Positions 27,401 through 40,900 of a stretch of 64,000 nt of DNA are shown piece by piece (the first letter of the stretch is position 1; each line of letters starts with the position of its first letter). This stretch comes from Bugula neritina (lineage: Eukaryota > Animalia > Bryozoa), in NCBI GenBank assembly GCA_964035545.1, contig OZ037765.1, positions 23,063,504-23,127,503 of the forward strand, in the 5' to 3' direction. The notes beneath the pieces were generated by a model. That model was not told the DNA's origin. It saw nothing but the letters and a program-made list of their open reading frames with translations, and made no database searches. Made by a program: the position numbers and the translations under genes.

Positions 27401-30400
27401 CTTACATCATAAGCTTCTATAATTCCACCTGTTGAAGTTGGTGCAATCCAGGAAATATTGAGGCAAGTTGTATTAGTATGTAATAATGTGAAATCACGAG
27501 GCGCACCAGGTTCTAAAACATTTAACAACATAGAGGCTTAGTATTTACTCTAATGTGCAATCTGAAAGCAATAGGAGTGTACAATCATACATTTACCAGA
27601 TTATACGATCTGTTTAAATGATTACTACATTTAAATATTTATTAATCGATGAAAAAATTTAGAATAAACTCTACACACCACCTCAATAAATGACTAGTAA
27701 TGCAATATCACTGTAAAAAACATGAAACAAACTCACTAATAGCTGGCACTAGAATGATTTCTTTACTCATAGCACCTGCACCAACTTTATTCACAGATCG
27801 TACCTGAAATTAAGAAAAATACAACTTGAAAAATATTTACAGTCACCTTGCAACTCATTGCCACTGTATAACCTACTCTCTCTGTATAACTTACTATCAC
27901 TGTATAACTTACTATCTCTGTATAACTTACTGTCTCTGTATAACTTACTATCTCTGTATAACTTACTATCTCTGTATAACTTACTATCTCTGTATAACTT
28001 ACTATCTCTGTATAACTTACTATCTCTGTATAACTTACTATCTCTGTATAACTTACTGTTACGGTATAATTATTGTGATATTCTCCGGTAAAAACGTAGG
28101 GTATTGAAGTAATAGGCAGATCTGTGTGTAGGTAATCACCGGTTGCCGTTTCCTCAACACTAACTAAGTACCCAGTAGCATTACACCCAGGGCGTGAGGG
28201 TGGGTCCCAATACACCCTTACTTTTGGATTATCCGTTGTATCAAATCGCAAGTTTAGAGGTCTAGAGGGAGCTAAAAAATAAACAGGAGTATCTCCAACA
28301 TGACTGAGAATATTACTAACCTATGCATGCAGCAGGTTTACTATGATATATGTGTGATATTGAGACAGGAATCGTGTGGTAATGCAGTACAACATCCCAT
28401 AATATTCATAGGAAACACTCTCAAAAGATCTGATGACTTAAAATTTAACAATTTTAAACAATTTTTACAAAAAAAAGTTACTTTAAAAGTTCTCATTTGA
28501 TTTTGAGGTAAAGTTTATACTTCTAACAATTATTATGTAACGTTTAACTTTGATAGCTATAAATTCCGATAGCAAAACTCCAACTAGAATATATCAAATG
28601 AAAATTTTACTTTTATTTGGAGTTGTAGTTCCTATGGTATTAGAAACTGCAGACAGCCCAAAACGATTCTTCGCTTCTACCGTCACGTTGTACTTGGTAC
28701 AGCCGTGGAGAGAGTATTTGGAGCTGCAAGAGAGTCCGACACAGGAAGACCAATTTTCTGGGTCATCATTCGCTGTCACCAGCAGCCTATATGTCAGGTC
28801 ACCGTCACAAGATGATGAAGGTTCCTATAAGAAATTACAGAACTAATGGCTGGAAACAGAAAGTAAAGATATATTATAAGCACCACAGTTGTAAGACATT
28901 GAGCCTTCAATGTAGCAACTCATTTAGTATTGAGGAGAGCCTTTGCATGCTCAGAATACAGAGCAGAGAGTTTATCAAGAACTAGGGCTACACCTAAACC
29001 TATGCAATCAATCTGATAGCATTATTAGTGGCTATATAGTAACTTATAGCTTATTTCTGTTTTATAACTGTTTCAGATAAACAAAAAAGAGTTCAAATAA
29101 ACACTCAAATTGTAAATGAACAGCAAAGAACACTTACTCCAAAATCCACTTTTATTTGTGCAGTATCTATGCTTCTTTCAGCGAAATCAACACGAGTTAT
29201 GCTGAAGGGTGATGGACCTAAAGCAAAATGTTTATTCTTCAAAGTTGCAGGCAAATAAGTAGTTTACTGAGTGTGTACAAGGAACTTTCAAGTCCCTCTC
29301 TTCATTGGTTTTTTGTAACAACTTCACAATAGATACTTTGGCAACAACTTTGTGTATATTCTTTTGCTAAAAATGCTTATTTCAATAAAGGTGTTGTCAT
29401 TTGTATAATCTCGATCGCAATGTACAACACAGTGTTTATGACAAAAAAACACAAGGATATTTTTCCAAGATTCCCATGTGTTTCTGATGAACAGTTTATG
29501 CAACTTTTACACTAGCAATTAAAATCTGGCCAGGGCAAAATTAAACAGCGCTAATGAGCTAATGAGCATTGTTATTTAATTGATAAAAACACAACACAAC
29601 ACTTCAATGCCTCACCACTTGCACAAGGCGTTGTAGTGTAAGTTTGACTAGATGAAGTCTCCTTATATTCATTACCACCTACAACAACCTTGGACTCTAT
29701 AGAATAACGCAGTAGAGTTCCCGGATAACTGAGATGTAGAGAGCAAGTAGCAATATTGTCAGAGACTGTGAATTGTTTAGACACTTTTGTTGATAATGAT
29801 AACTCATTTTCTGTATACTCAACCCAGTACTCATCAGGTCTAATGTTGCCTACAATAACATTACTATATTGGTTTAGTAAGGTGTATGCAATATTACAAC
29901 TCAGATGCATAAATTTACTTTAAAACAAAAGAAGTTTCCATCACTATGATATGAACAGCTCAATTATATATATTTTATTAATGCAATCAGCTTGTATGAT
30001 GAAATTATAAATATTTATTTAAATACAAACTTTGACTACTTGTTTCTAACAATCATAAAACAAATGTGTATAATTTACCTGTATTAGGAGAGATTTTGGA
30101 GAGATAGAAGGTGAGCTCTATCAAGCCAGGGTTAGGCTCTAGAAGTTCAACATTTCCAATAACGAGCGAAGGGAGAGTAACTGATGGTGTGATAAACACT
30201 TTCCGGTCATCGCCCAACTTGTCCCCAGCATCATAAACCTCGAGCTTTAGTGAGTAAGCAGTGTTTGGTGTGAACACAAAATCAGCTGTATTAGTCAAGT
30301 CTGAGAAGTTAGATGGACTTATTCCAGCCTTCGTGAAGACAGTAGTAGTTCCTGGTACTTGTGAAATAATGACCTCATAAGTGGCATCAAAATATGGATC

Positions 30401-33400
30401 CAATTCACAGTCCGTCTTGGCAGCCTTTCAAATATAATAAACAACATTTCTTTAATATGAAGCAAATATATTTACCCAAAGCTCTAACTTTACATGCCTG
30501 ACACACTTCAGTTATGCAGTATTAAAATATTCATTAACATCTTAGCTATCATCTATAGACTGCTTGAAGGTTGTATGCAAAAAAATGGTTTTATAACAAA
30601 TTGTGTGTTAATGCTGATGGCGTTTTCAAATATCATAGACACCAATTCTCTCGAAAGCAAGCAAATCTATTGCATCAAAGCTCATACTTTATACCTTACT
30701 ATTTAGGTAATAAACATGCAGAGACAAAGCTTTTAAACAAAAGTAACTTTTGATCATTTCAATTTAATTTTCAAGAAGCCATACTGACATTTTGTATTGA
30801 AACAATAACTATGATTAGGATCAGCTCAGGAGGTATTAACAGTGCTAGTTACCACTGTGTTATCTTTTAAAATTTTTGAAAACATAATAAATTGAATATT
30901 TCTAATTAATCTAAAACATAATGTATTAAAGATAGCCTATCCAACAAACAAAATTACAATAGTTTGGTTTTCCAAAAGCATGTAAGCTTGATCTAATTTC
31001 ATGTCACTGATATCAAAGTAAAAAGCGTAAAAAGATACAATGCTATAAAATCAAGACTTGAACTCACTGGAAAGTCTACATTGATGACTACTTTATTAGA
31101 GCCACCCAGTTTCCTGAAAGCTGAGTCAACAGTGATATCATTTTTTGTAGGCAAGGTCCACCCTAAAAAACCTAATCTGTTAACATGATGCAACTTGAAA
31201 ATTCACAGCAGCATCAACTAGTTTACTCATAAATTTCTAACATTTGGAAATTTACACAATTGCAAAACATTATTCACTTCAAATATTAATCCACATCTAC
31301 ACTCGGATAGCCAACAATTTTTTTTATTCCAAACACATTAAACAAGAAACCATTGACAAAGCAGCTAAAATGTAGGGAGTAGCCGTAGTCTAGGGGTTAG
31401 ACTTTAGAGCGTTTGCCTAGTAAACACGAGGCCATGGGTTTGAGCCCGGACAAAAGTCATTGGTGATGTTAGGAAGAGCATTCAGTCATAAGTGTTCCTG
31501 TGCCCCATCTGAATAATTATAGGTCGCTAGCCTGATTTAACAAAAACCCTGTCCATCAGGGGTTTCTCACAGGAATGGCGATTATAAATTTGTGTGAGTT
31601 TTTAAAGCAGCTAAAATGTAAGAGTTAACAGAGTAAATTTATAGATTACGTATTTTGTGAAGCAAAAATGGAAAAGGCAAGAGAAACAACTCTCTATATT
31701 CTAATTAATGATGCTTATAGTATCATTATGTTGAGTTACAAACCGGTACATGGCGTGATAGCCAGCTTAATGCCCATCTCACTTTCGTCTTCACCTACTA
31801 CCAGCTTAACTTGACAATCATAACTTTTACTAGACATGGAGATTTTCTTGCCCGGCCAGTCAGGTGAGTTTGAATCTATAGTCAATTGAAATGTTCTGTT
31901 GTCAACAGGCAGCAAGGAGCTGCAGTTTATCTTGTAGAACAGTGAGGGAACCAATGTGATGTTGGGGATATCATTTACAAAAAATGTTACAGTTTCGGCT
32001 TCTTCAGATCTCCATTTTATAGCATCATCAGAAGGGGCTGGCAGTTCTGAAACACAATTGAGAAAATTACCAGGTAAAAATATTGTATAGCATATATGTA
32101 AGTGTAGAGATAGCTGTTATTAGTAACTATAAAAAATATATGCAGCACATTTGTTAAAACACATGCCCTAGTAGACAGTGGCTACATGTTGATTCAAACA
32201 ACTAATATAAACTATATTAAAGTGATAAATAAAACTATTTAACATGCAGTCTTATCTCTTTTCATATGCTTAAAACTTATTTGTTTAAGAAAATTAGGAG
32301 TTGAGAGGTTAACATGCTCATATTAATTTGTATCGACTGTCATAATATGGAATAAAAATGAAGATTGTAATTTTATTATTTTAGAAAATATTTCAGCAGC
32401 ATGTTTTTATAACCTTGTAACTAAAGTTTTTAACATAAGATTTCTATGACCATACTTCAAATCTATTAGCTGAAAGGATGATGGACCCTAAGTTTACATT
32501 TCATAATATGTTATGTAAACTACACACATTACTTCAACTTGAACATTGACATATATCCTGTCTACTGTAATATCTCTTTATGTTTATTTTAGAAGAAAAA
32601 ACTTGAACACGATTTTAATGAATTTAATAGATTATGCTAGATACACAGGAAAAACTGTAGCTTCTGCCATGCCACAAATTATTTTAATTTCCATGAATAT
32701 AAGTTATACTTTACATCAATCCTGTTTCTTGTTGAATTCTCACCAACAGAAGTGATTATAAATAATTTCAATTATCAAAATTTATTTATGGATTATTTAG
32801 TATTTGATCAGATATCAGCTCATTATCAACCTGTACTGTTTTGATAAGAAAAATCTACAGTGCCGTTTCTATTAGCAAGATCATTTAACCTTGCACTTTA
32901 TACTTTCGTATACTTTCACGGGACATCTAACAGCAATAAAAAAGTAATGAATCAGCAATCGTCACTACCCCATTAGCTAACAAAGTAATAAATAACTTTC
33001 TTTTAAAGTTAACTTTTCACATATTACTATTATGGTCACTTAAATATCCAAATAAGATATAAGATATGAGATATAAGAGCACCAAATGAGATATAAGAGC
33101 AATACGCCAGTCTGGATGACCTAGAAGCTCTTCTAACTGGATACAAATGAGCTACTAGGAAGAAAAACCAGTAAACTATATTATGTAATAGGCTGGATGA
33201 CTCACCCGACTGACATGAAGGAAAACCAGTGAATCCAACTTGGCATACTCCACCGCCAGGTGTTAAGGCAGCGCAGCCAACAGTTGCATCACATGTACTA
33301 AAGCCACTTCGACAATGACAGGCACTGCACTGGCCATTTAATATAAACTCGCCATTAACACAGTTTGGTTCTAGAAAACACAGACAATAATATGATGATG

Positions 33401-34360
33401 GTGTATGCTGTATGGTGTATTTTGGGCCATCTCTAATCTTAGCTACGAGTGAAGTCATATATAAAACATAAACATTATATAAAAATTTATTGATATTGAT
33501 CTTTGTTACTGGCATACCGAACTTTAGCCAGATAACAAGATGTCACATAGGAATATGTTGTTTTATTCTTCTGGTAATGAGATATTAGTAATGATGACAT
33601 TGTACTGGAACCAACACATACATAATTTGTATAAGCTATAATTTACCAAGGTAGACATAAAAAGAGGTTTTCAGTATGGATGGCTCCAATGCAGACTGAA
33701 AAAAACCAAATCAAGTAAAGATGTATTTCCTTATTTAGCTTCTATTTCGAAATTTTTGGGATAAACACTGAGCAATCTGACAACTGCTATGCTTGAATTT
33801 TCTTAGAAACTTTCTTTATATAACTCTAAACTGTCAGAACTAATTTAACATCTCTAGAACCTTTCTAGTAGTTAGGCGTTAGATATTCTGCAAGCAAGTT
33901 TAATATTCACTGTGCTAAATACTCTATTGTATCCATAGCCTTATTTACTACCCTGTTCCCAGTTATCACTCCTGCTCCCCCCCCCCCACTCCTCCTAATG
34001 AAAATAATAAAACCTCAAAATTTGTCGGCAGTTGAGTGGTTTACTGAAAAGATCATTTTATAACTAGAACATTTCTGTCTTTCCCCTCCCCATATACATA
34101 AAAAATCACCTTGTGAGTTTAGCTGTGAGCTCTCTAACCTCAATACATCTATAAAATTATATCCTAACCAATACCTATGGTTTCTGATTAAGGACTGTCA
34201 ATTTCTATAAGCTTTGCAACGTTTACCAAGTTATACTACAGTATTCTTATTGAGCACCTGTTGTAGCTAAACTAGAGACTGTGGTATCCTCAGAATTCAC
34301 AAATATAACCACAAGGATTACAAAGAACACTGGCTTAAACCAGAATCTTTGTTGGAACAT
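15409..34360 (-). CDS. Receptor-type protein tyrosine phosphatase (signal peptide, EGF-like, FN3-like repeats, TM, tandem PTP domains); 31 coding exons, about 1505 aa
   Basis: Exons read by eye: 34258-34360 (signal peptide [24 protein letters not shown]), 33206-33370 (Cys-rich EGF-like), 31744-32046, 31068-31162, 30079-30424, 29616-29849, 29138-29217, 28611-28824, 28057-28271, 27737-27803, 27406-27512, 26750-26957, 26192-26294, 25581-25845 ([17 protein letters not shown]), 25199-25241, 24510-24612 (TM), 23166-23239, 22638-22768, 22184-22348 ([17 protein letters not shown]), 21263-21397 (YIAACGP, DFWRMI), 20921-21043 (KCEKYWP), 20630-20784 (WPDHGVP, VIHC), 19588-19723 ([12 protein letters not shown]), 19178-19309, 18787-18886, 18556-18629, 18177-18311, 17297-17434, 16821-16978, 16421-16556, 15409-15483 (..FDLYANYK*). 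Phases are compatible and the lengths sum to 4518 nt. Confidence 0.9.
26496..26702 (+). mobile_element. tRNA-derived SINE, copy 1 (intronic, antisense to the phosphatase)
   Basis: A-box-like TGGTCTAGGGG and B-box GGTTCAAACCC; body aligns by eye with 31375-31603 (cctgtgccccatc, gatttaacaaaaa, ggtttctcacagg). Confidence 0.75.
27859..28056 (-). repeat. 18-bp minisatellite, 11 units of GTAAGTTATACAGAGATA, starting exactly at a 5' splice site
   Basis: Direct reading: translates as VSYTEI x6, [30 protein letters not shown] and fills 198 of the 253 nt of intron 27804-28056. Confidence 0.95.
31375..31603 (+). mobile_element. tRNA-derived SINE, copy 2, with 17-bp TSD
   Basis: Homologous to copy 1; flanked by the perfect direct repeat aaagcagctaaaatgta (31358-31374 and 31604-31620). 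Confidence 0.85.
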
Positions 34361-35444
34361 AGTCTACGGCCAAGTTGATAGATACTCTGGTGTGAATGTC
34401 TATACTGTCTCATCTCACTAAAAATATAAAAAGAAATATGGTTGTGATGATGCAATTTTATGCTGCTCTGTTTATTTCAATCATTAAAATGTTCATGTAT
34501 ACCCTGTAGGTTTTGTTTTGTTTACAGAGGTCAAAAGATGTCAAATTATCTTTGTGTCATCTACACCTAAATGTGATGATATACGTGATGATAAACAAAT
34601 ATCAGGTACACATATACACAAATGTGACCTCCATCCAGTGATTACTATAATTTAAAGACAATTATTAGTTAGTTTAACAATTCATCACTAGCTTCATAAT
34701 TCACATGTTTTGCAGAGATAATGCAGATGGGGGGTCATAGTTCCATGTATGTATGCAGTGAATTTGTCTGTTTATCATCAAAATTTTCAAAATGTGCCGA
34801 ATATTTATATTCAGTAAGGCAAAGGTTACTTAGCAGACCCTTCCTTACTCTGATCATGCAGGAAAGGGAGCCTAAAATCAGTAGTAAAAGACTACAGGAA
34901 ATAATTCACTTAATCAGCATTTTAGAAAATTACCCATTAATTAATATGGTAATGATACAAGATTAAGTTTTCAGTCATTGCACCTCTCTGCAATCGGTTG
35001 AATAGGTTTCAGCTGCTCAAACTATGGCATGTGACATATACCTACTGGCATAATGCACATGACATCATGTGTGAAAGATTGTCATGTATAAAATGAATTA
35101 TATTTGGAAATAGTTGAGGCATAAAATAGACTCGAAAACTGCTTTAAAGAAGTTTCAGCTGAAGTAAATGATTGTAAAAATTAGAAAGCAAATCTAATTT
35201 AAGTTGATGAAAATAAACACCTTTAGTCCTACAGACTTTAACAAGGAAACAAGAGAATTCATTCATCAGATGAATCATAAAGCTTGATTAGAATGTAACA
35301 CACTCATCATTACTGAATCATGTCATTATATCATAATAGTACTTTTGCTGAATGCTATAATGGAATCAATTGTAAATCAATAAAGTTGACAAATATCAAC
35401 TTATAACTCAAGGTATGTACTAATGACATGTCCTGTCCAATTTT

Positions 35445-35520
35445 AGGTAAAAATAGCACAGGTCAAAATAGCACAAGTAAAACTGGCACAGGTAAAAATG
35501 ACACAGGTAAGAATGGAATA
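35445..35520 (+). repeat. Solo end fragment of the MITE family seen at 57437-57726
   Basis: About five degenerate 15-bp units of ggtaaaaatggcaca, matching the terminal repeats of the 57.4-kb element. Confidence 0.65.
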
Positions 35521-35681
35521 AGGAGTAAATGCTGACTGTTGCTGCTTAAGCTAATAGAAGTTTAAAGATACAAATTTGCATTCCATTCAGGTCATATTTT
35601 TAACTTCCAGCTAAATGCTTGTGTCTAAAGAATTATAAACAATATTATGAAAACAAAACAAAACTTTAAACCCGCCCTTAC

Positions 35682-35738
35682 CTGCTACATTTAGAGGTTT
35701 TCTCCAGGCTGCACCTAGATATAGGTTTTGCATTCAAC
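35682..35738 (-). other. Putative 5'-UTR exon of the receptor phosphatase
   Basis: ctttcag|GTTG...GCAG|gtaagg has strong splice sites. The ATG exon has its own acceptor at 34418-34419, so upstream exons are expected. Confidence 0.5.
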
Positions 35739-36121
35739 CTGAAAGAATCATAATGCAAAGAAGTTTAAGTAGCAAATTGAGAATAACCAGACACTTGCAT
35801 CAATTCTAGTAATCTAATAGTATACTAATAGCAATAGGCATCGCAGAGTTGATAATAGCAATGATTATGAAAAGCCTAAAGCTCACTTATAACTAAAGTT
35901 AATAGACATATCTGTGCAGTGATGCGTTATAGCAGATAGATCATATATCTAATAATAATAAGTCTAATGTTGAGAATAAAACTACAGGAAGGAGATGTAG
36001 AACGATGTTTCTTATGCTCATATTAAAACTACACCATTATGCGACTAGTCATTTTTTTTAGAATATCAAACTAAATATTATTTCAAATAATGTAAAGAAT
36101 TTATGCAGTAATAAAATACTC

Positions 36122-36500
<379 letters not shown>

Positions 36501-36560
36501 GTTTACGCTCTAGATTTATTTCTATAGAGCACTCTAGTAACGTTTTATAAACACTCATTT

Positions 36561-36669
<109 letters not shown>

Positions 36670-37694
36670 CTTTCGTTTACATACTGTTTTAGGGGTGCAT
36701 GTTCAGAAAATTTAGTTTAACAATAAACTTTGAGCCTACTGCTGAATTGATTTGGGATTTCTGATCATTTGCTGTCAGCTTTGGCTTTACTGCTATTATA
36801 AAACTTATACCACTGTTAGCTTATTTTCATTGCATGCTATTCTTAGCTGCTGCAACACACAGCCTATCACTAGGGCCTAGACTAGCCTAAAATTTCAAAG
36901 TTCAAACTTTCTAGCTCAGTTATTAAGCTGTGTGTAGCACTAAATTAAATACTTATACTAAAAAACTAAAAGTAAATCAGTAAATGTAATGCTAATACTA
37001 ATAGTAATTGCAAAACTAAATGATCAAATCTGATGCTAATTACAATAAAAATAAATGATAAATCATTTATTTATTAATACTTATACTTATAGTAATAGTT
37101 ATAGTTATACTTATACAGTTAATGTTATAGTTATAGTTCTACTAATACTGATAAGTTATTATGCTATAAGCAGTCAATTGCAGTCTTACACTTACAGTTA
37201 CTGATAGTTTTACTCTTAGTCTTACTCTTAGAGTTAGACTCGCTCACTCTAGGAGTAAGTCTAACGTAGAGTCTAAGAGTAAGACCAAGAGTAAGTTAGA
37301 GTAATCATTACATTTACTCTGACTCTTAGACATCAGCGATCAGGTAACAAACTCTATCACTATGAGACTGGTGTAAATATATTTACACTTATTTTAATAA
37401 AATTTAACTTTATATAAAGCAACAATCGGTATTGCCTAACATTCTAGTCCTAGTCGTAGCCTGATCACTTCTACTTCAAAGATAAAATTGATATTAAATA
37501 TTGACTAGAAAAAAAATAGCTTTGCCTTGAACTTGAACTCTAGAATCTAATGCGGTATTCCTAATTTCGTAAACCGTTATACATTTATAAAGTAAAGATA
37601 ACTCTTTTTCGTAGCACCGAGTGTTGTATGCTTTGTACTTTAACAAGCTCTTATTAATGAAATATCAACTATTAAAGCGGTGAAATGTACTTAC

Positions 37695-37964
37695 AGATCA
37701 CAGGCTATTGCCTGTAATGAAAACCAGGGGTTTTCTCCGGATACTAATATAATCGTAACAACATCGACAAAAACCCTTTGTATGCCTATACAAATCCTGA
37801 CGCGTGACAAACCCTATAGGTAGGTCAAACAGAACTAACTCTCAGCGATAAATTAATATCAACTTTGCTACTAGTAGTACTAGTAGTAGTACTATTTTAA
37901 TTTTTTTAAATTAACGTCTTATGCTATGTTTTAATATTTACCCTGAAATTTCTAAAGTTGGAAA
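37695..37964. promoter_or_regulatory. Putative bidirectional promoter / first-exon region shared by the phosphatase (-) and the claudin (+)
   Basis: Minus-strand donor TCT|GTAAGTA at 37694, claudin ATG at 37965, and locally raised CpG content (for example tgacgcgtgaca near 37800). No TSS evidence is available. Confidence 0.4.
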
Positions 37965-40900
37965 ATGTCTTCATGTTATGGAAATACTGCTTTAGTATTG
38001 TGTTTAATGTCAGTTGTTTCTTGTGTCCTTGCATTCGTTTTACCACATTGGCTTCTATCTTGGGAGCAAAAACAGAGCACGTTTAGTAGAATAGGCCTGT
38101 GGGAAGTATGCTTTACGGCGTTCACAGATCCGAAGCAATATGCTTATAGATTTTATAGTGGTTGTTGGTGGATTTTTCATGGAGAATTGGACGATGTTCG
38201 CGATATGCTTAATCCAGGTACTGGTATAACTATAAGTATAAGTATAAGACTATCAGTATCACTATAACTATAAGTATAACATTATCATTATGATTAACTG
38301 TTAAGTTTAACTCCAAGTATAACTATAAGTAATAGTACTATATTTATTATGATTTAATAATAAGAATATGACAATAACATAATTGTTTTATGTTGATTTG
38401 TGATATTATTTCAGCTATCGTGAAAAGACAGAACGTGCTCGAGTTAGTTGATAAACGTAAGAGGCCGAAGCCGTGATTTATTACCACAATATATATACAC
38501 GAAAATACTAAAACTATTACAATAAGTGATACAATTAATTATTAAGATTAAGACAAAAAATAGTAAAATAATAAAATAACAAATTAGAAATAAATGTTTA
38601 CATGAACACCGAACATCTCCCACAGAATAGAAAAAAGCTATTTAGATATGATTGTTTTAAGAGGGCACATAGTCTGCCATCCAACTAGGTGGCTTCCGTT
38701 CTCTGGTTGAACGTCTTAGATTGTCGCTATGATTGGCGCTCTCGGTGGTGTCAACCTGGGTACTACTAGCGTTTTGTTTAGGATCCTTTGGTGTCTCAGG
38801 ACTCGCTGGCTCCGTGACGAGTGGTCTGATGTCTCGCCGGTTTCTCCGAAAGAGGTTGTTGTTAAGTTGTATGGCATAGGCTCTGCTACTCAATTGTTTG
38901 TTAATTTGCGCCTCCTGCCATTTTCTCCGGTGCTGACTCCAGTCTCGAACCAAAACTGGTTGCCCTTCTTTCAGCACTGCCAAATCTCTTGCACCGTCAT
39001 TGCATCTCTGCTGCAGTTTTTCATTGCGGCCCTGCTTTTCCCACCAACCTTGGTTGTTCTCTGTTTCTGGCCGAACTTGTGGGAGTACTGACCTGGTGGG
39101 TCTTCCGATAAGTTGCTGAATTGGGCTGGCCGTCAGGCCTTCTTTGGTGGTGTTGAGATGTTCCAGTAACGCAAGTTCGGGCTCTTCACATCTGCGGAGT
39201 ATACGTTTGGCTATCTTCACAGCAGACTCTGCCTTCCCATTGGACTGAGGATGATATGGAGAGCTGGTGGTGTGTGTGAAATTCCATGATTGGCTGAAAG
39301 TGGAAAACTGGTGCGAGGTAAACTGTGGTCCGTTGTCAGTGTGAACCTGTCTGGGTATTCCCAGGCGTCCAAAACAGCGCTTTATGGAGTTGATAACAGC
39401 CTCTGCTGTTTGGTTGTCCAGTCGGTCATATTCAAGGTAGTCAGTCGTATAGTCAACAATAGTAATGTAGTGAGTGTGATTGTATTCAAACAAGTCAATT
39501 CCTACTTTGGTCCAGGGTTGTTGGGGAACTGTGTGGAGTAAAAGTGTTTCCTTCTGTTGCCGGGGAGCATCCAGTTGACATTGTCGACAGTTAGCAATAT
39601 TGTTTTTGATGTCATTGGTGATGCCAAGCCAAAACACTGTGTGGCGGGCACGTCTTAGTGTGGAGTTAATCCCATTATGGCCGGTGTGAAGTAGTTGGAG
39701 AAACTTTCTCTGGAGTGTCTTTGGAATAATGGCTCTTAGTCCTTTGTAAACAATGCCATTGTCAATAGATAGTTCGTCCTGAAAGTGTTTGTACTTGTCG
39801 TGAGTTGTGCAGTTGGCAATGTTCCAGTCATGTTTAATAAGGTTTGTCAGTGTCATAAGTTCATTGTCCTGTGCAGTAGCAGTCCTAATGTTGTCAATTA
39901 AGTCGTCACAAACAGGAGCATCATTATTTTGAGAGTCAATGTGAAAAATGTGTTCTGGTAGTTGTTGATAGTTGGGGGAGTCAAAGTATGAGTCTCTTGA
40001 GAGTAAGTCAGCCGTGATCTGTTCAGCACCCTTTTGCCAAGTTACCTTAATGTTGGGGTATCTTTGTAAGTGAAGAAGCATAGCCTGCAACCTCCGAGAT
40101 GCCTTATGAATGGATTTCCTGAAAATAGATACAAGGGGTTTGTGGTCAGTTTGGATAGTGACAGCATGGTGACCAAAGATATACTGGTCAAAGCGTTCAG
40201 TGCCAAACACTATGGCAAGGCACTCAAGCTCTAGTGGCACATAGTTCTGTTCCGATTTTGTTAAACTGCGAGATGCATATGCTACAGGCTTGCCTCCTTG
40301 CATGAGTGTTGCACCCACACCAGCATTTGAAGCGTCAGTTTGTATAGTTACTGGCTTGTTGCAGTCAAAGTATTGTAGAGTTTCTGAGTCAGTTAGTAAG
40401 GTCTTCAGTCTATTAAAAGCGTTCATTTGGTCGTCAGTCCAGTGAAAGTCTTGAGCATTGTCTTGTGTCAGTAAACGTCGTAATGGTTCAGATTCCGATG
40501 CTAGGTTGCTAATAAATTTTGACATGTATGTGATGTGACCAAGGAATCGTTTTACTCCCTGTGGAGATGAGGGAGGTTTCATCTTAAGAATGGCTTTTAC
40601 TTTGTTAGGATCTGGTTTAAGTCCATTAGTTGTCAGTATGTGTCCAATGTAAGGTAGTTCGTCCTGAAGGAAGCGGGATTTTTCCTTGTTCAGTCTCAGT
40701 CCTGTCTGTCGAGCACGTTTGAAGAGCGCTTCAAGGTTTCTATCATGCTCTTTCCTTGTGCTTCCAAAAATTAGGATGTCATCTGCAACTATGGTGATGC
40801 CATCCAGACCAGCAAGATTTTCCGTGAGCCTTCTCTGAAACTCCTCCGGCGCTGATGCAATTCCGAAGGGTAGCCTTAGGTACTTGTACTTTCCTATGGG

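Noticed and set aside
27859-28056. Regular repeat resembling a CRISPR array, with overlapping repetitive ORFs on the + strand
   Set aside because: Units are directly adjacent with no unique spacers, and the context is eukaryotic. The + strand ORFs (LYNLLS, ITYYLC) are other frames of the minisatellite.
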